Shown here: piece by piece, positions 52,790-64,000 of the stretch
Numbering within the stretch: position 1 is the stretch's first letter
Layout: every line of letters begins with the position of its first letter
Source: Nageia nagi
Taxonomy: Eukaryota > Plantae > Pinophyta
Direction: 5' to 3'
DNA length: 64,000 nt
Assembly: GCA_050084985.1 (NCBI GenBank)
Contig: JBITNC010000001.1
Location: 43,648,001 to 43,712,000 of the forward strand
Translations under genes and position numbers: made by a program
Notes under the pieces: generated by a model
Databases searched by the model: none
Told to the model about the DNA's origin: nothing
Seen by the model: the letters and a program-made list of their open reading frames with translations, nothing else

Positions 52790-54975
52790 TGATAGATAAG
52801 AAGACAAGCTGTAAGATTAGCTTCTGTTGCATGGCAAAATATGAAAAATCTAGCAAACTGAGAGTTAACTTGGTACAAAACAAAAATCGCAACAATCTAA
52901 ACTCTCAGTTGGCAAGAAGATTGCTAGAGAAAAACCAATATGTTCAGAAACTTTGATAATCTTCATAATGATTGGTACTTCCATGGTTATTGGTGATGGT
53001 GTTCTAAATCCTGCCATATCAGGTAACTTCAATTTTCCTAGTCTTAAATTACTTGGCAGGATGCTTAATGAAACTAACAAATCAGATAAGAAGACCAAAA
53101 TTGGTAGATTATATGAAATTCTATATACATGATTTTCTATGATTTACGGACAGATACATGAAAATCCAAAAGCCTTTCGGCCATTGAAGGAATACAATCA
53201 AAGAATCCTCAAATGGGTGAAGGTAAGAAGTAATTATAGCATGACTAATAATTTACTATGTCACCAAGAGAGTAAAGTTCTAAAAATGCGTGAGATTTTG
53301 AAATATTGATTCATGATTGCTTTTTCGATGTTCCCAGAGGTGGGTTTTTTCATATCAACTCTTATTCTGATCATTTTGTTCCTCATACAATAGCACCAGT
53401 AAAGTCGGCTTCGTTTTGTCACCTATAATGTTTCCCCATTCAAGGGAATGTCTTCTCGTTACATATTTCATTTCTTTTCCCGAGCCAAAAGCTTGGATGT
53501 ACAATGTTTGGAGCTGTTTTTACTTAACAGTTGTAGTATAACAGGTAGACTTGTATAGTTTCCTGTTCTACGCAACGCTGCTATTAAAAAATACGCAGTA
53601 CCCATTTCATGACTTGCAAAATTTCAACTGACTGTGATCTGTTCTAATCAGGCCTTGAAGCCATGTTTGCTAATTTACGCCATTTCAGCAAAGGCATCAA
53701 TACAGTTCATACTATCCTTTGGCAAGTATTAATCAAGGTAGCAATGAATGTTGTGTGTCTACAGTTAATAGAAGATCCTTGAATTTACATTGCAGCTTGG
53801 TTTCACTGTGGTGGTATACCCATCCTTTGTGATAACTTATGCTGGACAGGCAGCTTACTGATCAAGCATCCAGAGGAAATAAGCGATGCATTTTAAAAGT
53901 CAACACCTGAAGCCTTTTTTGGGCCCATGTTTATGGTTTCAACTTTGGCATCCATTGTCACTAGTTAGGGAATGATAACCGCAACATTCTCGATCATAAG
54001 ACAGTCAGTTGCATTGGACTGCTTTCCACCAGTTAAGATTGTTCATACATCAAAACTTCAAGAGGGGCAGATCTACAGTCCGGAAGTAAACTATTCTCTC
54101 ATGGTTGTGTGTAAGCTGTTCTTTTAGGCTTCGGAAGCCAAGAGAAAATTGGGAATGCCTATGATCGTGCCAAAGGATTTGAATCAACTAATAATTTACA
54201 ATATATTCAAGTTCATATATACAAATACAACATCTTAAGTCATGGTTTGTTTGTGCACAGGAGTTGGTCGTGATATGGGTGATGATCATGACCACATTTC
54301 TAGTGGCTCTGGTCATGATCGTTATCTGGAACACCATATATTGCTGTTGGCCTTTTATTGTGTTTGGCTTCACTGAAGGAGTTTTCATGATGGCAGCCAT
54401 GGACAAGTGTCCAAAGGAGGGTGGGTCCCTTTGGCATTTCAGCAATTTTATGGTCATCATGTTTCATGGCACCATGGAAGGCAGAAGAAGCACAGCTATG
54501 AATTGGTAAACAAAGAGGATGCGGAGACACTGAATGTAAACCTATCTACTTCAAGGATCTCTCGTCCAAATGTAATATTCTTCTTCTTTACAAGTGATAC
54601 CCATTACTTGCTTCCAGTACGACTTCATTACATTAAAACTATCTCTTCCATCCATCATATTGTAATTATGGTCACTATGAAGCTTCTTCCTGCGAAGGCC
54701 ATTCCTCTAGAAGATCGTTTTGTGGGTGCCAAGCTTGGGTCAAGAGGGATATACAAATGTCTAGTACAGTATAACTACAGTGATGATGTATGTATAGCAA
54801 AAAAAAGATTTTGTTGATTTGAGTTATTAGAAGTTTAAAATCCCATATTCTAGTCGGTGAACATCAAGCTCTAAAGGGCAATTTTGGAAATGTAGGTTCA
54901 AATGAAATTTATTTACATCACTTCGAGGAGATTGGTGGAGATGAGATGAGTGAAATTGTGTTTGTCGTGGATTGA
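52790..54975 (+). pseudogene. Unprocessed KUP/HAK/KT potassium transporter pseudogene
   Basis: [67 protein letters not shown]; GT-AG introns retained; in-frame stops, frameshifts and missing exons. Confidence 0.9.
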
Positions 54976-55177
54976 CAGATTGGTGACTTATAATGCCTGT
55001 ATCATTTAAACAATATTAATACATGCAAGAAAATATTCAAAGAAAAAGGCATGTACAGGCAGGAGTTACAAATAACAGCTGAAATGAAGCAGAAATGCAT
55101 GCAAAAAGTGGAATGATAGAAAATAGTGTTGATATGCATGCAACAAAATGGGAACATTTAATGGAACAATATAAGCT

Positions 55178-55388
55178 GTGTAAAATGTATATTGAGGATA
55201 TTTCAGATCCTAAATATGTATTTAGCAAATCCTATATTAGGTCCCTGTGTAAAATGTATACTGGGGGTATTTCAGATCCTAAATAGGCAAAACCAGTCTA
55301 TTTACATTTGTAAAATGTGTATTAGGGATATTTCAGATCCTAAATAGGCAAAACCAGAAATGTATATTGAGGATATTTCAGCTCCTAA
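55178..55388. repeat. Four degenerate tandem copies of (tgta)aaatgtatattgaggatatttcagatcctaa
   Basis: Copies begin near 55178, 55247, 55308 and 55358. Confidence 0.8.
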
Positions 55389-55495
55389 GCAGCCACAATA
55401 CTAGCAACATAACAAAAGCAAATAACGTACTAAAAAAACAGCTCCTAACAAAATTAGGGTTGAAAATTTAGAGAAAACCCTAACCCTTACTGTAG

Positions 55496-56130
55496 TCATG
55501 CCAAGGAGACATCCAAATACAGATTGTCCAAACCCTTGGAGAGGACGTTCTGAGGGTCCTTGTTATCAGCCATGGGAACCACGTTACCATCCTTGTTTGT
55601 GTAAGTAATCGCCAGTTGTACGTTGCGGTCCAATTCGAACTGCTTGAGAATTGTAGCTTTCAATCTCTCAAGACTTCAGAGGCTTGCCAAAATATTTTCG
55701 CGCTCATAGATTTCAATGCCAAATGATTATCAGGGTAATTACTTCAGAGGCTTGCCAAAATATTTGCGCGCTGACTGCCCAGCATTGTGCCCCTGTTATC
55801 CCCCTGATAATCAAAAGATCCCAAGTAATTACCCTGATAATCATTTGGCATTAAAATCTGTGAGACATCCAGTCGCAGAGTCTTTGGGCCACGGAAAAGA
55901 AGCGCTAACCGGAGTTGGGTTTCATCATCCACCATGATGTCGGTACCATTTTCTTTCTTGTAGGTAATATTCAGCATTGCTTTGGAGTCCAAGTTATACC
56001 TACAGCGAATATAGGGTATGAGTTCCTCCATTATCATGTAGTTACAAAAAAGGTTAAAAAAACACATCATTTATTTCTATTTTTCCAGGCATAATAATCA
56101 AATTTCCGTTACCGTCAGCTTCTGTGACAT
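55496..56130 (-). pseudogene. Disrupted gene for a small protein of two tandem NBR1-type PB1 domains
   Basis: Short first exon MSQKLT(VT); repeat 1 MEELIPYIRCRYNLDSKAMLNITYKKENGTDIMVDDETQL...LRLDVS; repeat 2 SLERLKATILKQFELDRNVQLAITYTNKDGNVVPMADNKD...LYLDVSLA*; internal TGA and 68-bp rearrangement. Confidence 0.7.
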
Positions 56131-56221
56131 CTTGAGAGTGCAGAGCAGAGATGCTGAAACGTCGTGGGAATATACAAAGCCCTAATCCGCTAAAGCTAAA
56201 GTAAATGAATTTCGTCTCCTC

Positions 56222-56230
56222 GTATATAAG
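56222..56230 (-). promoter_or_regulatory. TATA-box candidate for the PB1 gene
   Basis: Minus strand CTTATATAC ~95 bp upstream of the ATG at 56130, followed by a pyrimidine-rich leader. Confidence 0.45.
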
Positions 56231-57102
56231 GGGATGGGATGGAGTCGGCTAAATAACCATTTGGCTCTTATTTTTTTATTCATTTATTATCTTTTCAATT
56301 TGCCTTTAATATATATTTTCGATTTTTATCATATATTTTTTATTTGTAATCAAATAAGCTAAAATCAATTAGGTTAACCATTTAGAAATCATTTTATTAT
56401 TTTTTAAAAATTATGAACGATGAATGAGGGTATCCAAGATATAGGCAAATCTATTCGTCAAATCTTGAATATATGAATTTTCAAAATAAGATTACAAGAT
56501 AATAACATAGAAGATGTGAAAGCAATACAATAGAATGATATGCTCAAAGAACAAAATTTAAAGGTAATTTTGAAGCAAAAGTTTATTAATATTTTATGAG
56601 TAAAGGTAAAGAGAAATTATTTTAACATCCACCGTAGATCAATTTTAGAGATAATTTTATAATTGAATTTTATGAAGATCTTAGTTTGGATTACTTTTTG
56701 GAAGTTGTATTTTCCTCTAAGGAAGTTTTAATCCCTAAGATTGCTCAACCATTATTTTTAGGTGGAAAACCTACTTGATCTATCACAAAGATGGATATGA
56801 ACATGTTCATGCATAATATACCATCTTTATGTGGAGTTTGTTTAGCACTAAGATATTTTGAGCGAGAACCACTTGTATGGTTCAATGGGGAATTAAAAAG
56901 AATCGATACAGTTCCTTTATGAAAATAATTCTAAAAGATTATGATATATAGATTTAACTTCTTACATAGCAAAACTTATGAAAACTAGACAAATTCTATC
57001 TATAAAAGAATATAATAATGAATTTACTACTAGTTTTAATATTGTAATAAATTTCGACAAATATGTTATATCGAAGCTTTCATAAATTGATTAAGAGAAG
57101 AT

Positions 57103-57612
57103 GCACCCACAAGGCATTGGTGTAGTGGTAAGGACTCTTAGTCTTCTTTGGGAGGTCATGTGTTCCAATCCCACAAGCCAAGAGAGGAAGTTATACCCAT
57201 GTGGAGGGGTAATAAAGGAGGTGGTAAAACTTGAGGTGTTGGTAGTGGTTGACTAGGGTTTCCTACATAGTAGGTTATCAGGATTCCCCATTACATGCAT
57301 GTGGATATAGATTCTTCGGATGTTTACCCTAACATTATCCCCAAGGGGATACCGTGGTGGCAAAGTGATTCAAATCAATGGGAGGAGGTCACAAGTTTGA
57401 ATCCCTTGATGGATCCTTGATGGTACTACATGGTTACAGTTTGGATGCATTTCGGTTGTATCATGATCAGTTTGTGGGGCCTAGATAAAAACCCTTATGT
57501 AAAAAGTCCCACGTGGGAAAAGAACCTACAATTTACCTTGAGTCATGTGATTAGTGGGTAGGATCATGAATTTGAGATGATTTGTGGCTTTGATTGACAC
57601 CTCTCATAAATC
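57103..57612 (+). mobile_element. tRNA-derived SINE (510 bp), apparently dimeric
   Basis: Perfect 19-bp TSD aaattgattaagagaagat (57084-57102, 57613-57631); A box TGGTGTAGTGG 57118 and B box TGTTCCAATCC 57161; second A/B-like pair at ~57350 and 57394. Confidence 0.88.
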
Positions 57613-58185
57613 AAATTGATTAAGAGAAGATATTAAAAAATATAATAAACATGTCCAATCCAAGGTCGTTAATGACATTGAAAAAATTTAATGGTATGGC
57701 TCAAACAGTATGTGTTATCTATAAATTTTAAAATTTGATATTAATATTCATGGGTGACCAAAACTATCAACATAACTATAGAAAAATACATATAATAAGA
57801 GCAAGAGAGCATATAGTGCAACTCTTATATGTCTGAATGAAGTAAACAAAAGAGAGTAAAAATACAACATTTTTATTAAAGTAGGAAGCCTATATATCTT
57901 AATTAAGGGACTCCATCAACATTTAAAGTTGGGAAGAAGTTCCTTATGTTACCACTAAATAAATTAGCCCTAGTTGGTTTAACAATAATATGCAAATCGG
58001 TGATCCTTCAAGAATCTTCAATGTTGATATGATAATTCCAATTTGTATCTTCTTATGGTTCAAAATAGGACATGACTTGAGTCTAAAACTTGGTATGCTA
58101 TAGAATCTATCAATAATCACTTTTTGTTTAAGGTGGATGGCTTATTTGATATAAAGTGCAATATATTTTTTATCTTTGTAATTCA

Positions 58186-59278
58186 CACTAGTACATTTTA
58201 GTGATTTTGCATCATAAAATTGGATTTTGATGTTGTGATGCAAGATGCATCATTGTTTTGCATGTCTATGTCAATCTAGATAAAACTATTTTTTTGATGC
58301 ATTGGTTGATACATTGGGTGATGCATTGCTTGATGCATTTTAGTGTGTCAACCAATACGTCAAGTGATACATGGAATAGAAAAAAAAGGTGTGGATAATG
58401 CACACAGATCATGGCATGATCTGCTATTGATCATCGATGCATTCCCTTGATCGACAGTGGAGTTTTAATGGTAGGTATGATGCCACTAATGAGTAAATGA
58501 AGGAGCTTGCCCTTTATAAGGGCATTTTTAGGGATACAAGTTTGCATTTTTAGTGATATAGGTCTGAGGAGATGAAGACAAGTTAGAGAATGTAGATAGT
58601 AGTGTGTATATGCATTTTATAGTAAGAAAGATATGCTTTGCATACTTCAACTACCCATGAAGTTTGTTAAAGGATAACCTCAAAGTTTGGTGGATGCCCA
58701 TGAAGTTTTTGATTGTATGCTCGTGGAATATGATAATTTTAGGTTACCAAAGATACTACTTTCCTCAACAAGCATTGAAACTATTTCAATGAATACAATA
58801 AACATCAACATTAGTCCAACCAAATGAATTCACCTTTCCTAGCATCCTCAAAAGCATGCACCAAACTGAGAGATTTGTAAAAGGGTTTATACATACATCA
58901 AAGACTCTTTAAAATAAAAAAATTTATCAAATGCTATGGTTGTGAGTACCTTGTTAGACCTAATCGTAAAATATAGAAGTGTAGAGAAGACAGATGAATT
59001 GTTTGACAAGATGCAAACCCTCATTCCTATAATTTTCATGCATACTTGTAATTTTGATGCTATACATGACACTTTATACATCATGTATAGCATCAATTAT
59101 TTGATGCTTATAACTTGATTTATGATGTAAGGAATGACACATTACTTAATGCTACAAATGATGCTTTGGTTGAAAGTACCCTTAGCTTCAATTGATGCAT
59201 CATGATTTATGCACTTAAAAAAAAACATATTATGGATTGACGCATGGTATGATGCAAAATGACTAAAATGTAGTAGTT
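58186..59278. mobile_element. Second Pack-CACTA element (1093 bp) carrying a PPR fragment
   Basis: 31-bp TIR CACTAGTACATTTTAGTGATTTTGCATCATA vs its imperfect inverse ending 59278 (3 mismatches); TSD TCA; tgatgc repeats. Confidence 0.88.
58682..59016 (+). pseudogene. Captured PPR fragment, homologous to 43980-44226
   Basis: SLVDAHEVFDCM, QPNEFTFPSILK, VVSTLLDL...ELFDKMQ; clear nucleotide similarity to the fragment in the first Pack-CACTA. Confidence 0.85.
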
Positions 59279-62062
59279 TCATTAATGATTTCAAAGTGTG
59301 GGAACCTTTAAATAAGCAATGGAATTGGCAATTAATTTCATAGCAGATGAGATAAATGAATATAAAATGTTCTTTGGTATCTAGTTCCATGTTGGATAGT
59401 TTGCATATAAATTGATCTTTAAGGATGTGATGGTTTATCTCAATAAAGAATTGGTTGTGAACAAGCCTTTATTTAGCTAAGGGGAAAATAGAGACCATGA
59501 GATATGTGTAGTTTCATGTAGTCAAGGATGATGATAACACCATTCTCTAGTTCATGGTATCCTATTGATTATGTAAGGGCTTTGATGAAAGTATTTTTTA
59601 GTTCAATCCATGTTGTATTTAGGTAATCCAAATAGTTTTCCTTCCTACTCCTTTATTGATATCTCTGGTAGAAAGATTAGAGGTCATGTTTGAGATATAA
59701 CAGAGATGTAGTCACTTGATATCTAGGCCTATGGATCATATTAGGGAGGTGGCATCCAAATTCCAACACCAATGAATGCCTTTACTTGGAATTTGTATAA
59801 AATATTTGAGCATTAAGAGAGGATATATCATTATGTTGGATTTTATTAAAGTTATGTGATGGATTCCATTTAGAAGCTTGATAACATGAAACACTACAAG
59901 AGCCAACATGGGGTATATTGCATCAAATTTAGCTAAAATAATGGAATGAGGAGTAATTATTTTTATCTAAGTAGATCTTGAGAGCATATGGGATATGTTT
60001 ATGAAGAAAAAATATTTAAACTAAATTATAATACCTTAACACTAAAATATGATAAAAATATAATACCAAACTAAGTAGAGCATGAGGTAAATATTCCATA
60101 ATAAATAAATATATTTGACTATGGCACTTTATGCTCATAGGCATTACAACTTCATATATAATTAAGTTACAAGGTAACATCAAGATATTATGAGGGATAA
60201 GATGCAAACCAAAAAATAATAAAACTTCCCATATAAATTCATTGAGTTACATAAAAGAGCAATGAGTATTGAGTGCAAGGTATGTATTTATTTAAGCAAC
60301 TTCATAAGTTCAATGTAAGAAAGCATGCTAAAGCAAACTACCTATAGCTTAATTTTATTTGTTAATGCCTCCTTTATTTGAATAAGTATTTTGTTGTTTA
60401 TTTTTATAAATTGATGCTATATTATACACTTCTTATTGATTTAATTTTGTTAAGAAACATACAAAAATGCTTCATCTTTATATAGTAGTTTAAAGTTAAA
60501 GATATGCATCATGATTTAATGTATGATTGTAGATACCTTAATATTAGGATATAGTGTAATTAGTATCACAAATAAAGAGATATTATTATAGGGGTTGTAA
60601 AGCAATTATATGTGGAGTCAATTGTACTTACAAAAATAACAAAAGGGGTATATAATATATGCATATTTTATTAATCATAAGGATATCAATGCCATACAAT
60701 GCTTATCATTCATGTGCATACAATCCTTCTTGTGATAGTTCCCCTTATATAACCAACTCTACATATAATTATCCTCAAGCCAACCATAGAAAATTCCCAA
60801 ACTAGTTGCAATTATCTTAAACTAGCTATAATAGTCCTATAATCAATCATAATATTCCTCAAATAAGACACAATAACCTAAAGGATAAATACATACTCAT
60901 TCACCATTTAAAAAAAATACCATCATATTTTTATCTTATTCTCCATAAGCATAAATGCCTTCTCCCCCATATCCCAATAATATTTTATAAACATGGCCTC
61001 CATAAACATAAACTATTCTTCACAAGAGCATTGTAAAATGTATATATCAAAACAAGAAGAGTACTAGATGAAGTCTAAGAATAATGAAGTGCAACCAAGT
61101 CTCCTCCAAGAAACCAAGAATAAAGCATTTTATTCAACATAGATAATTTCTAGGAAGATGAAAGCTCCACAAATAAATAACTCCAATCAATCACCAATAA
61201 ATCTCTCTTGAATGAAGAGAAATAAGATGTGAATAATAATATTATCCAACATGGATCCACGAGCACTCTCAGAATTAGCTAATTCCTCACAATTTGGGAG
61301 ATATTTGCTCAAGAAGTTTTTGCCTATTTTTGAGTTACTATTTTGGGTTATAAGTTCGAGGGTTTCTTGAGATTAAAAAAATGGACAAAGTTTCATCTAA
61401 AAAAATAGCAATTTTTAAGGTTTCACTTTGACGTGACCTTCTAATCTACAAATATTTGAGCAAAGTTTTGATTACAAAAAGGATAATGTCTAGCTTTCTC
61501 ACTCGATGTGACCACATAAAAATGCCCATAGGTAGCCAAAATTGTAGCCCTAATACCACTTGTAAGGAACCTAGCAAAACTAAAAAAGGGTTTTACCCTA
61601 AATACCATAAGAAAATATTGAAATACAAAATAACCAAAAGCTCACAATGCATCAAGTAAAGAAAATGGAACAAGATACTTTGATTAAAAATAAATAATAG
61701 GACAAAATAAATTTATTGATAGCAACATGACTCATAGGTTGCTTTGAGGGGAATTCCTCATAACTCAAAAAGACAAATGATTTTCCAAGATGCACTCTTT
61801 ACCCCTCTTACAAGTATTTATAGTCCTCCTACCCTAATTAGTGATTTACATTCAAAATGATATTTTACCTTACAAAATATAATGGTTCACATTAGAAGTC
61901 GATGTAAGCAAATAATTAAATTATCTAAAATATAAATAAACCTAAGTAAATATTAGGATGTGGGATCCTAACATATAATGTGTAAATAAAACCCTTAATT
62001 GGTTCAATGTTACAATAAAATTGTAGGTTGAAAAGTAACTTTTATTCTAACCCTAATTAAGA

Positions 62063-64000
62063 CACGACTAGAATATGTAATTTTAGAGTCAAAAATATCA
62101 TAAAAAATAACATTCATGATTTTTTGATGCCATTTGCATCAGGCAACATCAAAAAAGCATCAATTCTTAATGAATTCCATTTTTGGCAACTTTTTAACTC
62201 TAAGTTTGATGCAATTTTGACTCTAATTATTTTTTCCCTCTAATGCCATTCTAAATCTGTACCTGATGCTACCATGTTGATGTTATTTTGAGTTTATTAT
62301 TGAATCTAATATAACTAGAATTTGATACAATTCTAAATCTATTTCTATCTCTAAATTAGTTTTAACCTTGACTCCTTATTGATGTTATTTGACTCTAAAT
62401 TGGTTTTTATTTTGATGCCATACTGACTCTATTTCTGGATATAAGATCATTACATTTTGACTCTATTTTTGATGCTATTTTAAACTATTTTCTAACTCTT
62501 TTATGACTCTATTAGGGGTTAGTGTTAGGGGTTAGAGTCAACAATTAGGGTTAAGGGTTATAGGGTAATTAAGGTTAGGGGTAAGGGTTTAGGGTTATGT
62601 GTTAGGGTTAGCATTATGGTTAGAGTTAAGGGTAAGGGTTAAGGGTTAACATTAGGGGTTAGGATTAAGGGTTATGATACATTAAGTGTTATATATGGTT
62701 TAGCAATAGGGGTAAGGGTTATGTGTTAGGGTTAGCATTAGGGGTTAAGTGTTATATGCCCACTTTTTAATTAATTATCTATTACAACAATATTATAAAT
62801 AAGACACTTATCATGAAATCCAACATACATAACATCCATGGTACATATATATCATTATGAAATCCAATTATACATAGCATGCAAGCACATGAGCATCCAT
62901 AAAAAATATTATTGATCAATATGATAATACTAAATTCATCCATAAGATCACTTTATTAACAATTCAAATATATTCTTTGACAATATCATTGAGTTCAATA
63001 TGGATAGGTGCAAGAAGTTGGGTCCACTTTAAGGCCAAAACATGGAAGTGTTTTCCTTGATTTTTGAGTTTGGGTATGATTGATCTCAAAATTTGAGGCA
63101 CTTACATATGAAGTCATGAAAGCGATCACTTGGGTGAAAATGTAGTACTCAGAGTCTAGCTTCTAAATATATAATTTATTCCAATACCTAGATCATAAAA
63201 TTTAAAATTCAATAGGATGAACAAAAACCACTTAAAAAAAAAATATTTTTGGATCATACCATGCACGTGTTTGTCCACCATTATTTGACTAAAATCAAAG
63301 TATTTTTTAAAATCCATTTATGAAAAGATACCTAACACATTGGAGCATGTCCTGGATATTTTTCCATAATTATTTCATTAATAATTTATTTTTATTAATT
63401 TTGTACCAGGCATGTTTATGGTTTCGAAAAGTGCTTATGTTTGTCTTTCATAATTTGATCTAAACTTAATCTTTTTTCCAATTTATTTTATTCTTATAGA
63501 TAATTATGTGAAGCTTGTCCTAATATAATTTATTTTTCATAACTATCAAAAAATAAAAATTTATTAAGAAACTACGAGACCCTCATATTTCAATTATATG
63601 GATCAGTTTCACTCAAAAATAATAGAAAAATATAAAATATACTCTAATGATAAAAAAATTGCATATTTGAATTTGTCACTCTTCATCTAAATGGGTTTCA
63701 ATTTTGTGACAAAATTTAATTGAAATCACCATGAACTTGTTAGAATTATAATGTTATTTAGGGCATTGTGTAATTAATATGCTTAGCATATTAATAATCA
63801 CCTAAATTTGGTTATTAGGTGACAATGAGGTTCATGCATGGTGGGTGGAATAGTATTCTCCACCCAATTTAAAATAATATTGTTGGGTAAAATAGTGTCT
63901 CAATTAATAATTAAATGTAATTCTATATTGTAACTTAAGGTTAACTAATCTATTGTGGTTAGGTTAGTTAACTACCTAAAGTTAGTTTTGAGTCCTATAA
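62063..64000. mobile_element. Probable left part of another CACTA-derived element
   Basis: CACGACTAGAA (cf. CACTACTAGAA) at 62063 followed by dense tgatgc/tgactct subterminal-type repeats; no right TIR seen in the window. Confidence 0.4.
62512..62750 (+). repeat. Degenerate telomere-like array (TTAGGG/TTAAGGG/TTAGGGG variants)
   Basis: ~240 bp of irregular ttagggg, ttaaggg, taaggg and tttaggg units. Confidence 0.8.

Noticed and set aside
56100-56130. First exon of an HMA/HIPP (Pi21-like) gene (MSQKLT)
   Set aside because: Downstream sequence has no CxxC HMA domain and instead resembles PB1 domains
56500-56860. L1 ORF1-like relic (EVVFSSKE...PLFLGGKP, NIPSLCGVC)
   Set aside because: Similarity too weak and fragmentary to call without a search
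57103-57180. tRNA gene
   Set aside because: Has A/B boxes but no convincing cloverleaf and lies inside a TSD-flanked SINE
59892-59902. CACTACAAGA as another CACTA terminus
   Set aside because: No matching right TIR, TSD or subterminal repeats found
60000-62050. Short ORFs and possible LTR-like sequence
   Set aside because: No termini, TSD or protein motifs that can be supported
62512-62750. True telomere or chromosome-fusion scar
   Set aside because: Short, highly degenerate, single orientation and flanked by ordinary repeat DNA

Overview
AT-rich plant nuclear DNA, probably a gymnosperm/conifer (inferred from long TE-filled introns, PLS-type PPR fragments and the LTR families). The first ~16 kb hold one apparently intact gene, an RHB1A-family RING-H2 E3 ligase (+ strand, ATG 4681). 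It has an unusually Cys-rich N-terminus, two candidate terminal coding exons, and introns containing two solo LTRs, an L1 RNase H remnant and a SINE-like relic. From ~17 to 51 kb is a pile of nested, decayed transposons. A Tat/Ogre-like gypsy with a G-patch is fused directly to a copia internal region that carries a CACTA insertion and a complex duplication. A non-LTR retroelement is split by a CRM-like gypsy that hosts a truncated copia, an ORF1-only L1 and a PPR-carrying Pack-CACTA. A full-length decayed Tork/Tnt1-like copia sits inside a PPR remnant. The distal part has an unprocessed KUP/HAK/KT potassium transporter pseudogene and, converging on it, a disrupted minus-strand gene made of two tandem NBR1-type PB1 domains (the most novel item). 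It also has a dimeric tRNA-derived SINE with a 19-bp TSD, a second PPR-carrying Pack-CACTA and a degenerate telomere-like array. All family assignments come from motif recognition by eye; no database searches were run.
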